In this document: piece after piece, positions 31,424-41,800 of the stretch
How the letters are laid out: the number at the start of each line of letters is the position of its first letter
Position numbering within the stretch: the first letter of the stretch is position 1
From: Candidatus Woesebacteria bacterium GW2011_GWF1_31_35
Lineage (GTDB): Bacteria; Patescibacteriota; Microgenomatia; UBA8517
Direction of reading: 5' to 3'
Length of the DNA stretch: 64,000 nt
NCBI GenBank assembly: GCA_001029755.1
Contig: CP011214.1
Coordinates: forward strand, 365,767 to 429,766
Made by a program: the position numbers and the translations under genes
Notes under the pieces: generated by a model
Databases searched by the model: none
Told to the model about the DNA's origin: nothing
Seen by the model: only the letters and a program-made list of their open reading frames with translations

Positions 31424-31469
31424 TCTATTTGACCGATTTCACTTCACGCGTTAAACTTGTAACTTATCT

Positions 31470-32552
31470 ATGGAAGAAATAATTCTCTTTACAGATGAGT
31501 TAAAATTATTCTTTAAAGAACTAGGATTTTTTATAACAAAAAAACTTCATCTTTCGTTATTAAGATTTGAAGAAGGGAAAGGTGTTTTTGTTACTGCTTT
31601 ATATAAACAAAGAGGAAAACTTGCAAGAAAGCTTATGCATACTGGAATGGCAGGCTTAGCTGGTGTTGGTATGATGATTGCTCCAGTTATAGCACAGGAG
31701 TTTCCAGGTAGATCTGTTAATCCTTGGGAAATAGATTCAAATCCATCAGTTCTTTCTGCAACCACTGAATCAAGTGGAATTGAAACCATAGTTTCAGAAA
31801 AGGTAAGAGATGGAATTAAACTTTATAAAGTAGAAGAAGGGGATACTGTTGCTTCAATTGCCAAAAAATTTAGTGTGGATACTGAAACCATTCGTTGGCA
31901 GAATAATATTACAAAAGACAAAATTAAAGTAGGACAAACCTTGGAAATCCTTCCTGTTATTGGTATTGCTCATAAGGTAGCTAAAGGGGATACAGTTTAT
32001 TCAATTGCTAAAAAGTATGATTCTAGTGCACAGGCAGTTGTAGATTTTCCATTTAATACTTTTAGCAACGATGAAACATTTGAACTTGCAATTGGTCAAA
32101 TAGTTATTGTTCCTGATGGAGTCAAACCTGCCGAAACAGTAGCCTTACCTCGTATAAGACAAATTACGCCTGATGCAGGTTCTGTTGTCGCATCAGGAAA
32201 TTTTGTTTGGCCTGCTAATGGAACCATATCTCAGAACTTTTCTTGGTATCATCCAGGTTTAGATATAGCTAATAGGGCAGCTCCTAATGTTTTAGCAGCT
32301 GATTCTGGAGTTGTAACCTATGCAGGATGTTTGAATTGGGGATATGGGTGTCATGTCAGAATTGATCATGGTAATGGTTATTCAACTTTGTATGCCCATT
32401 TCCAACAAATTTATGTAACTGTAGGTCAAACTGTTGGAAGAGGCTCTGCAGTAGGTAAAATGGGTTCAACGGGTCGTTCAACAGGTACACATCTTCACTT
32501 TGAGGTAGCCAAGAATGGAGTTAAATTAAGTCCATTAAGTGTATTAAAATAA
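31470..32552 (+). CDS. LysM-domain M23 family metallopeptidase
   Basis: Two LysM repeats (YKVEEGDTVASIAKKF, HKVAKGDTVYSIAKKY). M23 motifs HPGLDIA, GYSTLYAHF, GSTGRSTGTHLHFEV. Confidence 0.85.
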   Translation: MEEIILFTDELKLFFKELGFFITKKLHLSLLRFEEGKGVFVTALYKQRGKLARKLMHTGMAGLAGVGMMIAPVIAQEFPGRSVNPWEIDSNPSVLSATTESSGIETIVSEKVRDGIKLYKVEEGDTVASIAKKFSVDTETIRWQNNITKDKIKVGQTLEILPVIGIAHKVAKGDTVYSIAKKYDSSAQAVVDFPFNTFSNDETFELAIGQIVIVPDGVKPAETVALPRIRQITPDAGSVVASGNFVWPANGTISQNFSWYHPGLDIANRAAPNVLAADSGVVTYAGCLNWGYGCHVRIDHGNGYSTLYAHFQQIYVTVGQTVGRGSAVGKMGSTGRSTGTHLHFEVAKNGVKLSPLSVLK

Positions 32553-32572
32553 GGTAAATAATAACTATTATT

Positions 32573-32643
32573 GGGCTCGTAGTTTAATGGTAGAACACAG
32601 CATTCGCATTGCTGAAATCCGAGTTCGATTCTCGGTGAGTCCA
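32573..32643 (+). tRNA. tRNA-Ala (anticodon CGC), G3:U70 present
   Basis: Acceptor gggctcg/tgagtcc; anticodon stem cagca/tgctg with loop tTCGCat. Confidence 0.75.
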
Positions 32644-32764
32644 CAAAAATTTATAACACAGAAATAATATACTTTATAGTAGTTTTTAAGTCAGTAACTT
32701 TTTACAAAGTAGAAAAAAATAAAATAGTTTTGAATCAAACTTAGTAGCAATCTTTGGGAGAATA

Positions 32765-33757
32765 CTAAAGTGCCAATAGAAGTGCACCTAGAATAATAAA
32801 TATTCCAAATCCAGTACCAAGAATTGTTGGCCATGATGTTCCTGCTTCTGGGAGTTGTGGCTCTGATGTTGATGTTGGTCCTTGTGCAATAGAAGTAGAT
32901 GTACTTGTTGGTGTAGCTGTTCCATTACACACACAATCTGTATCTGTAGGACAAGAAGAATTTCTACAATAACCTGAATAGCAAAATAGTCCAGAACTAC
33001 AATTACTATTTGATCCACAAGTTCCATTACAAGAGTTTGGTTGTCCTGAGGCTGTACTTGTTGCTGTAGCTGTAGCAGTTGATGTAGCAGTACTTGTAGC
33101 CGTAGTGGTAGATCCGGATGTAACAGTTGAAGTAGTGGTTGTAACAGCGGTTGGTGTCGCATTGGCTGTATTTGTAGTTGTTGCAGTTGGGATAGTAGTA
33201 CTTTCATTTGATGAAATTATTATACTTCCAGAGGAGGAATTGATAATAACATTTTGACCTTCACTTATACCTGAAATAACAGTAGTGGGATCAAAACTAA
33301 ATGTTGCGTTGCCGGAAGCAGTGTCTTTTACATTTCCATTAATTGTTAATATTTCAATAGATGAGCCAGTGATTGCATTTTCTTTATTTGCTGTATACAC
33401 AGCATAAGATATTTTCCCTGTAACATTATCAAAAGTATTAATTATTTGTGAATCAAGAGCTCCAATGTTTGTCCCTTTTTCAATTGAAGTAATTTCTACT
33501 AAATCTGGATTATAATTTAGTCTAATGTCAACACCGGTTACTTGATTTTCCCCAGTATCCATTTTGACAGAAAGGATAAAATTATCACCTGGATTTTTAT
33601 TTTGGGTTGATGGTGATATATAAACAGATGTAGCAGGAGCAGCTTTTTCTCTAATATTTTGGTTTTGTTGAACGAGAATTGTTCCAACAATAACTCCACT
33701 TATCAATATTAGAAAACCAATTATACTAAATATTATATTTCTTTTTTTATTGTTCAT
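32765..33757 (-). CDS. Surface protein: signal anchor, cohesin-like beta-sandwich domain, Thr/Ala-rich linker, Cys-rich module, C-terminal LPEAG sorting signal + TM
   Basis: GDNFILSVKMDTGENQVTGVDIRLNYNPDLVEITSIE cohesin-like segment; TATTTNTANATPTAVTTTTSTVTSGSTTTATS linker; CNGTCGSNSNCSSGLFCYSGYCRNSSCPTDTDCVC; ...LPEAGTSWPTILGTGFGIFIILGALLLAL. Confidence 0.5.
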   Translation of the reverse strand: MNNKKRNIIFSIIGFLILISGVIVGTILVQQNQNIREKAAPATSVYISPSTQNKNPGDNFILSVKMDTGENQVTGVDIRLNYNPDLVEITSIEKGTNIGALDSQIINTFDNVTGKISYAVYTANKENAITGSSIEILTINGNVKDTASGNATFSFDPTTVISGISEGQNVIINSSSGSIIISSNESTTIPTATTTNTANATPTAVTTTTSTVTSGSTTTATSTATSTATATATSTASGQPNSCNGTCGSNSNCSSGLFCYSGYCRNSSCPTDTDCVCNGTATPTSTSTSIAQGPTSTSEPQLPEAGTSWPTILGTGFGIFIILGALLLAL

Positions 33758-34157
33758 AATCTAACCTAATATTTATTTTATCACTTGGTAGACTGGTAAT
33801 ACCAATGTCTGAAAGATAAACTTGGCTCTCTGTAGCAATTTTTATATTTTCAGAAGTAAAAAAATTATTTGTTTTAAATTTAAGTTTAATAATAGATTTA
33901 CTAAAATCATTAGAATTCGGCATTAACAAAAAACGCTTTGCATCCCATGTTTTTAATATTCCTTCAGAAGAATATGATATTAAATTTAAATTATTTTCAT
34001 TGTAATCCAGAAATAAATCAACAACTGTTGCCATATTTGCTTTGTCTCCCTCAAGATAAACACTAACATTAATTATATTTTTGGGATAAACCTGAAACAT
34101 TGCCAAGGCCATGACCAATACTGATAATATTTGAATTTTATATTCTTTTATACTCAT
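33747..34157 (-). CDS. Small secreted protein (signal peptide); unknown
   Basis: 136 aa, translationally coupled to its neighbours. Confidence 0.35.
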   Translation of the reverse strand: MSIKEYKIQILSVLVMALAMFQVYPKNIINVSVYLEGDKANMATVVDLFLDYNENNLNLISYSSEGILKTWDAKRFLLMPNSNDFSKSIIKLKFKTNNFFTSENIKIATESQVYLSDIGITSLPSDKINIRLDYEQ

Positions 34158-34978
34158 ACCTCATAGTTATCTACAATTATGCCTATATCAATGATATTTA
34201 TTATATTATCCTTGTTTACATCTGCTTCTGGTTTTACAGAAGTATTGCTTCCATAATGATCAACAACTATACCAATATCTATAATATTTACTCTATTATC
34301 TCCATTAACATCTCCAATTTTATTATTACCTGTAGCAGTTGATGTTACTGTTGCAATAGCTGTGGCCGTAGATGTTGATGTAGCAGTTGAAGTAATAGTC
34401 GCAGTTGCAGTTGGTGTTGCAGTGGTTATTGATGCAATAGTTATGTTTAAAGATGTGGTTGGTTTATTTAAAACATCTGTTGTTTGTCCTAAAACAGAAA
34501 CTGCAGTATTAGCATCAAAAGATATAACTGTGGTTATTCCTTGACCAATTGCTTTAAACTTAATACTTGCTAATATACCAGTTCCGTTTTTTGGATCTGT
34601 GGGATCGCTACCCAAAACTATCTTAGCAATGGGTGGAACAATTTGACCTGGTATAAAAACTACTGGCAAATAATTTTTTGACTCAATATTTATAGCTTGT
34701 AATATATTATTATCATATTTAATTCTCAAATCTGAACCAGTGACACTCATTCCCTTTGTATCAAGATATACATCAACATAAAATTCATCATCTTTTTTAA
34801 CAATACTATTTATGCTTGTGAGTTTAAGATCAACTCCAGCTGCCTTAATTGGTGAAGTATTCTGTCTAAACTTTAGATAATAAACGCCGATAGCTAAAGT
34901 GATAAGGATAAAAACAATAGAAAGTAAAGAAATTAATACATTCTTTTTCTTGATAAAAGAGAAGATATTTCTATTCAT
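34154..34978 (-). CDS. Cohesin-like domain protein with a C-terminal type I dockerin
   Basis: N-terminal TM; cohesin-like KDDEFYVDVYLDTKGMSVTGSDLRIKYDNNILQAINIE; Thr/Ala linker; dockerin repeats GDVNGDNRVNIIDIGIVVDHYG and ADVNKDNIINIIDIGIIVDNY. Confidence 0.6.
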   Translation of the reverse strand: MNRNIFSFIKKKNVLISLLSIVFILITLAIGVYYLKFRQNTSPIKAAGVDLKLTSINSIVKKDDEFYVDVYLDTKGMSVTGSDLRIKYDNNILQAINIESKNYLPVVFIPGQIVPPIAKIVLGSDPTDPKNGTGILASIKFKAIGQGITTVISFDANTAVSVLGQTTDVLNKPTTSLNITIASITTATPTATATITSTATSTSTATAIATVTSTATGNNKIGDVNGDNRVNIIDIGIVVDHYGSNTSVKPEADVNKDNIINIIDIGIIVDNYEV

Positions 34979-35012
34979 ATATTTAATATATAACTACGAA
35001 AATATACTATCA

Positions 35013-36740
35013 TTAGTTAAAATTTTCCACTAACACATTATAGTCAAAAATATCCACCTTACCGTTTTTGTCAATATCAGATGAAATAAAACCAGGGGAG
35101 CCATTTTTATCAAAGTTAGCAATGAAAATATAGTAATCTAAAGTATCAACTTTACCATTGTCGTCAATATCTCCTGGCAGCTGTGTGGGTATTGGAGTTG
35201 AGGTAGTTGATGAAAAAACTACAAGTGTTGCACTTCCCGGAGGAAGTGAGACTGGATATTTTGAATTGACTTTGTTTACTGGTTCATCTGTTCCAAATGT
35301 CCACGATCCGTCTTCTTTTACAGAATTTCCAGCAAAAGTGATATTTTCCCTTGAGGCATTAATTGAAGGTGCAAGCAAACGGATTGCTCGTGCTTGTGGA
35401 TATATATTTCCAGGATCAAGTGATGCTATAGTAGTGTTATAAGAGTCTCTATTAACAAGGATGATACGAAGGACATTGTCCTGAGATAAAACTGCATAGG
35501 CCCCAAGATTTGCTAAGCTTTTATCATATTCGACTTGGAGAGGGCGGGGATTTCCTTTTGTTGCTTCATGAAAAAATAACATACTATAATAGAGAGCTCC
35601 TGGTTTGTATAGTTTTGGATTCGGTCCACCTAATGTGGGGCAAAAAAGAATAGGAGCATATCCACCACATCCGCCACCATAAAAATTTATTCCAGCAACA
35701 TTATTATTGATCATCATAAATAATGTGTCTATTCCCCATAATGTTGACGCAAATGTATCGGTCACACCGACAATACCGCCTCTGCTCATTGCATTCACTT
35801 CATCAAAACGTAGAGGAATGTTTTTTTCTTTTGCAATTGTTGCGTATGCTGAAATAGTGTTATTTGTCTCTTCTGCCTTTTCTTTACTCAGCATTTTTTC
35901 AATATATTCTAGACATTCGTTTTGTTCACATACCATTGTGTTTACGTCTATACCTAGGTCTTTTGTCTTTGAAACTGGATATAAATGTACCGTGGCGAAA
36001 GAAATTTCATTTGATTCTAAAGTGATGAAATTTTTGAACCATGTTTGATTGGATATAATTGCAGGACCTGTCAGAGGGATGTCTGGTGAAATTGCGTGGA
36101 TAGCTTTTGCATAATTATCAAACTCTTGTGCGTGAATTGTACTGTTGTAGGTATCCAGTCTCAAATCTAACTCAGGAAAGCTCGTTGGTTCATTACCAAT
36201 TTCAAGAGCAAGGAGTAAATTACTACCTATTTGTTTGAAATAGGATGCTTCATTTACAATCATAGATTTTATTGTTGAATTGTAGCAACCCAAATTTAAA
36301 CCAAAGATTACAGACCAATTGACCTCTTTAGAAAATGTAAAGAGATTATCCACGTTGGCCTTAGTAAGTATTTGAGTTGGAAAAGAAGTACTAGTTTTAC
36401 AAAGATTGGGTGGTGGAGCACTTAACCAATAGGTATAATTTGTATCAGTTCCACCAAAGCGTAAAACACCCTGCCCTAATTTCTTAAGTAATTTTAGTAA
36501 TATTTGATCGTTTGAGTTATTTGGGTCAACCCCAAATAAAATCGACTTTGTTATAAAATCTTCCGAAAAACTTAAACCGAGGAAGTTAGAAGGAATTGTG
36601 TGACCTTTTATTTCAGGATGAATGGTTATTTGAATAGGATCAGATGCGCTATAAATTGTCTGTGGAATTCCTAACAAAATAAGAGCAATAATGATAATAG
36701 AAAGAAGATTATTTGATATTTGTTTTTTATAACTTCTCAT
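35013..36740 (-). CDS. Secreted clan GH-A (TIM-barrel) glycoside hydrolase with a C-terminal dockerin
   Basis: Signal peptide; acid/base-type motif LALEIGNEP; dockerin repeats GDIDDNGKVDTLDYYIFIANFD and SDIDKNGKVDIFDYNVLVENFN. Confidence 0.55.
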   Translation of the reverse strand: MRSYKKQISNNLLSIIIIALILLGIPQTIYSASDPIQITIHPEIKGHTIPSNFLGLSFSEDFITKSILFGVDPNNSNDQILLKLLKKLGQGVLRFGGTDTNYTYWLSAPPPNLCKTSTSFPTQILTKANVDNLFTFSKEVNWSVIFGLNLGCYNSTIKSMIVNEASYFKQIGSNLLLALEIGNEPTSFPELDLRLDTYNSTIHAQEFDNYAKAIHAISPDIPLTGPAIISNQTWFKNFITLESNEISFATVHLYPVSKTKDLGIDVNTMVCEQNECLEYIEKMLSKEKAEETNNTISAYATIAKEKNIPLRFDEVNAMSRGGIVGVTDTFASTLWGIDTLFMMINNNVAGINFYGGGCGGYAPILFCPTLGGPNPKLYKPGALYYSMLFFHEATKGNPRPLQVEYDKSLANLGAYAVLSQDNVLRIILVNRDSYNTTIASLDPGNIYPQARAIRLLAPSINASRENITFAGNSVKEDGSWTFGTDEPVNKVNSKYPVSLPPGSATLVVFSSTTSTPIPTQLPGDIDDNGKVDTLDYYIFIANFDKNGSPGFISSDIDKNGKVDIFDYNVLVENFN

Positions 36741-36835
36741 AAATTCATTATACAGAAAATTAAAATATATTTTTTCAAAGGATTTTCAATTAAGGGATGA
36801 TATGTGTTAATACTTGGGTAAGAAGTTAATATAAT

Positions 36836-38680
36836 TTATTCAGTAGCAGGGACTTCTGTCGGAATACCTGTAGCAGGAATTTCAATAGGAGGTACTATTA
36901 CTGGTGATGGAGAAGACTGTGGAGGAGTTAACCCTTCAATTGCTTCGAGTTCTTTCTTGGCTGTTTCAAAATCTTTTGAATCTTTACCTAAAAGAGATAA
37001 TGTAAGATTCATTTGTTCTTTTGCCTTTTCTAATTGTTTATCTTCTTTATAAGCCATAGCTAAGTTATAGTGTGCATTAGCAAGATCAGGCTTTGCGACG
37101 ACTGCTAATTCAAATACTTTAGCTGCATCTGCAAATTTTCCTTGAGCATAGTAAATTCCGCCTAATTTTATTCTTAGTGTAGGATTTATTGGATCTAAAT
37201 AAATTGCTTGACTATATGATTGAATTGCAAAAGCATCAGCATCTTTTGCAAATGATGTGACACTATTATATACATCACCTAAATTTTCCCAACTAGAAGC
37301 ACTTCTAGGGTTTAGTGTTGCTGCTGCTTTAGCTTCTTGAACTGTTTGCTGTATAAGTTGAGTTAGTGTTTTTTTATCATCCTCACTTAAATTTTCAATC
37401 TTAGCCAGTGACCCTGCCAAAGCTATATCTATACTAGCTGAGACTAAATGATATCTATCAACATAAGGATTAATATTAATTGTTTTATTAATCTCTTCAT
37501 ATGCTTTAACACCATTTCCTTTAGACATTTCAGTTATTACCTTGGAAAAAGTAAATTCTGCATAGAAATATTTAAATGCAAAAAAGGAAATAAAGGCAAT
37601 TATAATTGCGAGTGGAACAGAAATAATAATAATTGGGGTTTTAGAACTAAAATTGCCTACATTTTCATGAGTCATTGTATTAAGTGCAAAAAGCAACATC
37701 ATTAATGGGAAAGCTGAAACTGGTAAAGGTAAAATTAAGGAAATTACAAAGATAATAAATAAACTTACATAAATTGGATTATTTAATTTTAATTTTCTTA
37801 ATGAGAAATAGAATATTGCCAAAAATGCCAAAAGTCCAATTATTCCTACTTCACTAAGTATTGTTAAAGGTGTATTGCTTGAAACTAAAAATCTTGATGT
37901 CCATGTATCATTTGAATTAGCTGTAATTGGTCTATATTTATTATAACTTTCTAAATAATTTGCAGGTCCAATTCCAAGTAAGGGAGATTGTTTTAGAGTA
38001 TCTATTGCAATTGACCAACTGGTAGATAATTTAGGAAGTTTAAGTGCATTGTTTTTATTAGGTAATATTTGATAAAAGGATACAAAAGTTCCAACAAGAA
38101 TTATAAAACTAGCAATTCCGTAAAATATATTTTTAGCAATTTTTTCTTTTTTGAAAACTTTATAAAAAGCAACAGGAAGAATTGCTATGTAATATGTAAA
38201 GGAAGTTATTAAATTACCAAAGGTTGAGAAATTCTTTTGAATTAAACCAACAAAAGATGCAATTTGTACTCCTGCTGCAATTAAAGTGGATAATACTAAT
38301 ACGAATTCAAGATCTTTTTTTTCTCTTTCTTGTAATTGTGTTGTAAAGAAATAAATTAATGAAGAAAGAACTATAAATGTTGCTGTTCCTGGAACAAAAA
38401 AGGCATCAAACTTATTAGGAGAAGCAATTAATCCAGAAACAATATAAATAACAGAAAATATAACAATAAAGATATCAATTTTAGAAGTAGAAAGCTTAAA
38501 ACTATTACTTGTTAAACCTCCAATTATTTTTACAATTGACAAGAGTAAAACTCCAGAAACTAATAATAATAATTTTGCCGTTTCAAAATAATTAGGAAAG
38601 ATAGGGAGTAGAAAAAGAGGGAATAAAAATATAATAGCATAAAAAATATATTTATCTAGTAACTTAATTACTTTAGTCAT
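36836..38680 (-). CDS. O-antigen ligase (Wzy_C)-like polytopic membrane domain fused to C-terminal TPR repeats
   Basis: About 12 TM helices in the first ~370 aa, then TPR-like repeats (AHYNLAMAYKEDKQLEKAKE etc.). Confidence 0.5.
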   Translation of the reverse strand: MTKVIKLLDKYIFYAIIFLFPLFLLPIFPNYFETAKLLLLVSGVLLLSIVKIIGGLTSNSFKLSTSKIDIFIVIFSVIYIVSGLIASPNKFDAFFVPGTATFIVLSSLIYFFTTQLQEREKKDLEFVLVLSTLIAAGVQIASFVGLIQKNFSTFGNLITSFTYYIAILPVAFYKVFKKEKIAKNIFYGIASFIILVGTFVSFYQILPNKNNALKLPKLSTSWSIAIDTLKQSPLLGIGPANYLESYNKYRPITANSNDTWTSRFLVSSNTPLTILSEVGIIGLLAFLAIFYFSLRKLKLNNPIYVSLFIIFVISLILPLPVSAFPLMMLLFALNTMTHENVGNFSSKTPIIIISVPLAIIIAFISFFAFKYFYAEFTFSKVITEMSKGNGVKAYEEINKTININPYVDRYHLVSASIDIALAGSLAKIENLSEDDKKTLTQLIQQTVQEAKAAATLNPRSASSWENLGDVYNSVTSFAKDADAFAIQSYSQAIYLDPINPTLRIKLGGIYYAQGKFADAAKVFELAVVAKPDLANAHYNLAMAYKEDKQLEKAKEQMNLTLSLLGKDSKDFETAKKELEAIEGLTPPQSSPSPVIVPPIEIPATGIPTEVPATE

Positions 38681-38818
38681 GTTTTTTATAAAAATTTTAA
38701 GACATTTATACTATATGTAAAATATAGTGCGCATACAGTTTTTCAAATTTTTAAATATTTGTCAATATCTAATTGTTACTTTATATATAAAAGGATATCA
38801 TTTGATATATTAAAGTAT

Positions 38819-41800
38819 TTAATTATTATTATTTTGTAATTCTATTACCCACCAATTAAATTCAACATCGGTATCTAAAGTATCTAAAAACCCAACTGTA
38901 AAGTAACCAATATCTTTACTCTTAACGTACAAAACTTTATTCTGTGTTGATGAAAGGGGAGTTACATAGATTAAAGTATCATTATTAATCTTAGGATTTA
39001 TTATTTTGACCTCATTAGTACTTGCAGTTAATATTGCTTTTCCAGCTGTTGCATTAGTATTAATTTCCCCAGGCACTATTTGAGCCGAATCTGTAGCAGT
39101 AAGAGGTGCGTCGGCGATAACTACAATATTTCCTTTAAGTTTTAAATTTCCTGCAATTTCCACATTTCCTGAAAATGTTATATCTCCATTTGTTTCAATT
39201 TTTATCTTTCCTGCCATTATTTCAACAGGGGCTAAAGCTAATGATTGAACAGAAAGTGCACTATCTAAAGAATTTATTGATTTAGTTGTTAAATTATCTG
39301 ATACAAATAGAGAAGTTATAGCAGCACTGCCTGTAACAAAGAAATTATTGGTAATTATTTCAGATGAAACAAGTTTATCAATACTTGCTGAAGCTGTAGC
39401 TGTGTTTATATTCCAATTAACACTTTCGGCTAAGATTTTTTGACTTTCATCGACACTTCTTAATAATTCTTCTATTTGATCAAGTTTAGAAGATTCAATA
39501 TTATCAGCATATAATGTTCCTGAAATTGTTGCATCGCTATCTACCTCTAAACTATTTGCAGCAATTTCACCACTAAAACTAGCATTTCCTGAAGCATCAA
39601 TTGAGGCAACTTCCAAGTCATCCACTCCTTTAATGGCAAGTCTTGATGCAACTTGACTATTGTCAGGTTGCAAATCAATTATTAAATCAGTATTGGAAAC
39701 GGGAGAGATTAAATTGGTTTGAACAATTGGAGAAATTATTTTATTTTTAATAATTAAATTATCAACTGTAGCTTGGAAAGCGACAAAGTTTTTGCTAACA
39801 AAATCTGTGGTTTCAATTGCACCAGCTTTAATGTTTGCCACGACCACTTCGGCAAAAGATCCAATCTTTTCAGTAATGCCAGTTGGAGTGGAGACAGTGT
39901 AATTGGCAATTGGATTGCCTGAAAGTGTGATGTCACCAGTATTACTAATGGCAAGATCTGGGTCGTAATAATTGTTGGCTACAAATACTAAAATAGTGTC
40001 AGTAGGATTATCTGGGTCCCAATTTTCAAGAGCCGTACCTACAATTTTTCCTGCTTTAGTGGCCTTAGTGCCACGACCAGGGTTATTTGAAGGTGTAATT
40101 GGATCACCAATATTTATTATATTTGAATTAAAACTGATTTTGACAGGAAGACGTCCAGAAAGAGCTACTGGAAGTGGATGATCCTTCTCTTCTATTGAGT
40201 TTTGACCAGTTGCTGTAAAATCACCCCAATTTTGAGTGACAATACCAATTGGATTGTCCGAAGTTGAGGTAGTTTTTGTAAGTTTAGAAATTTGGCGTGT
40301 TTCTGTAGAAACAATATTTCCGTCTTTATCTGATTTTGAATAAATAGTAGTGGTCATTTCTGGAGAAGTCATGACAATGTCTCCAAAATCCACATCAGAT
40401 TTAGTTGGATAAATCTCAGCATAATCTGTAAAAGGTCCGGCATCACAGTCATAAAGTAGGGTTGCACCTGAGGCATCCCAACATACAACATTGTTCGTTG
40501 TGCCAGTAGTATCAAGGGTTAAATAGATACTACCTGCTCCGGAAGCACCTAAAACAAGTGTTGCTTCAGTTGGAGTGGTGTCACCAATGCCGACATTACC
40601 AGTTCCTTTAATTACCATCTTAGTAGACATTGTTTGTATTCCTAATCCAGAACCTAAAGTTGTTCCATTTTGGAAAAAGATATCACTGAGTCCAGTCCCC
40701 GTGCCTAAACCAGCTTGAATAACCATATTCCCGCCATTAACATTAGAACCGCTATCAACAGTTCCACCAGACGCAATAGTTAATGCTCTACCTGCAGTTC
40801 CAGCGGCAGTATCTTCTATCCAAATTTTCCGTGAGGCAGCATTACCTAAACTAAGAATTTCAGTTGGACTTGTTGTCCCGATGCCGACCTTACCTGATCC
40901 CGGCATGAGGGCAAGATCGGCTGTGGCAGCAGTTATTATTTGATTGGTGGTGGTTGCACCGGAGAAGGTTATGCCTGCACCGGCCCCGGTTAAGGCAATC
41001 GCATTTGTAGCGGCGGTAGAGTTGGTTAATATTCCATTCATGGTGATGGCTCCGATTCCGGTCATATCACCGGTGGTATCGATATCCCAATCATTTGAGT
41101 ACAATGCCAAGGTTCCTGCATTACCAATAGTAACTACATCAACTCCCGTTGCTCCAGTGCCGATATTTATAGTGTCAATACCAGTGCCGGTACCCATGTT
41201 TATAGTTCTGGCTACATTTGAAGCACCAACATTAATGATTTGGGAAGCAGCAATGGAGTCAAGGGTGACAGTTCCTGTAGTAGCCTGAAGAGTTAAGCCG
41301 GTGGCGCCAAGAATAGCCAGTGTTCCGTCAGCATCAATATTGTCTCCATTAACAGATAAGTCCCCGGCTGTAGTAATATTTCCCGTTGCGCCAGCCACCT
41401 GGAAGAGAGAACCGGTGCCGACAGAGAGAGTGGCAGAAGGATTGGTAACACCGATACCGACATTACCGATTTTATCAATTACCATCGCATCTGTCAGTGT
41501 TCCATCTTTATTTATATATAAATCCATCTGGCTGCTAATTCTGCCGGCAGAAACGTCGGTCACTCTGCTCCAACCAATCTGCCCGAGCACAGTATCGCCA
41601 ACAGCGGAAGCGGTCGAACGGACTTCGAATATGCCTCCTATGTTACTGGCGCTAGCACCCGAAGAAGACAAAACTAAAACAGAATTAGTACTAGCACCCG
41701 TGGCAACTTCTAAAATTTTACCGTTAGTATTTCCACTTGTCGGATCCGTTGTTCCAACACCAACATTACCAGTATTTGTTATCACAAATTTTGGAGTTCC

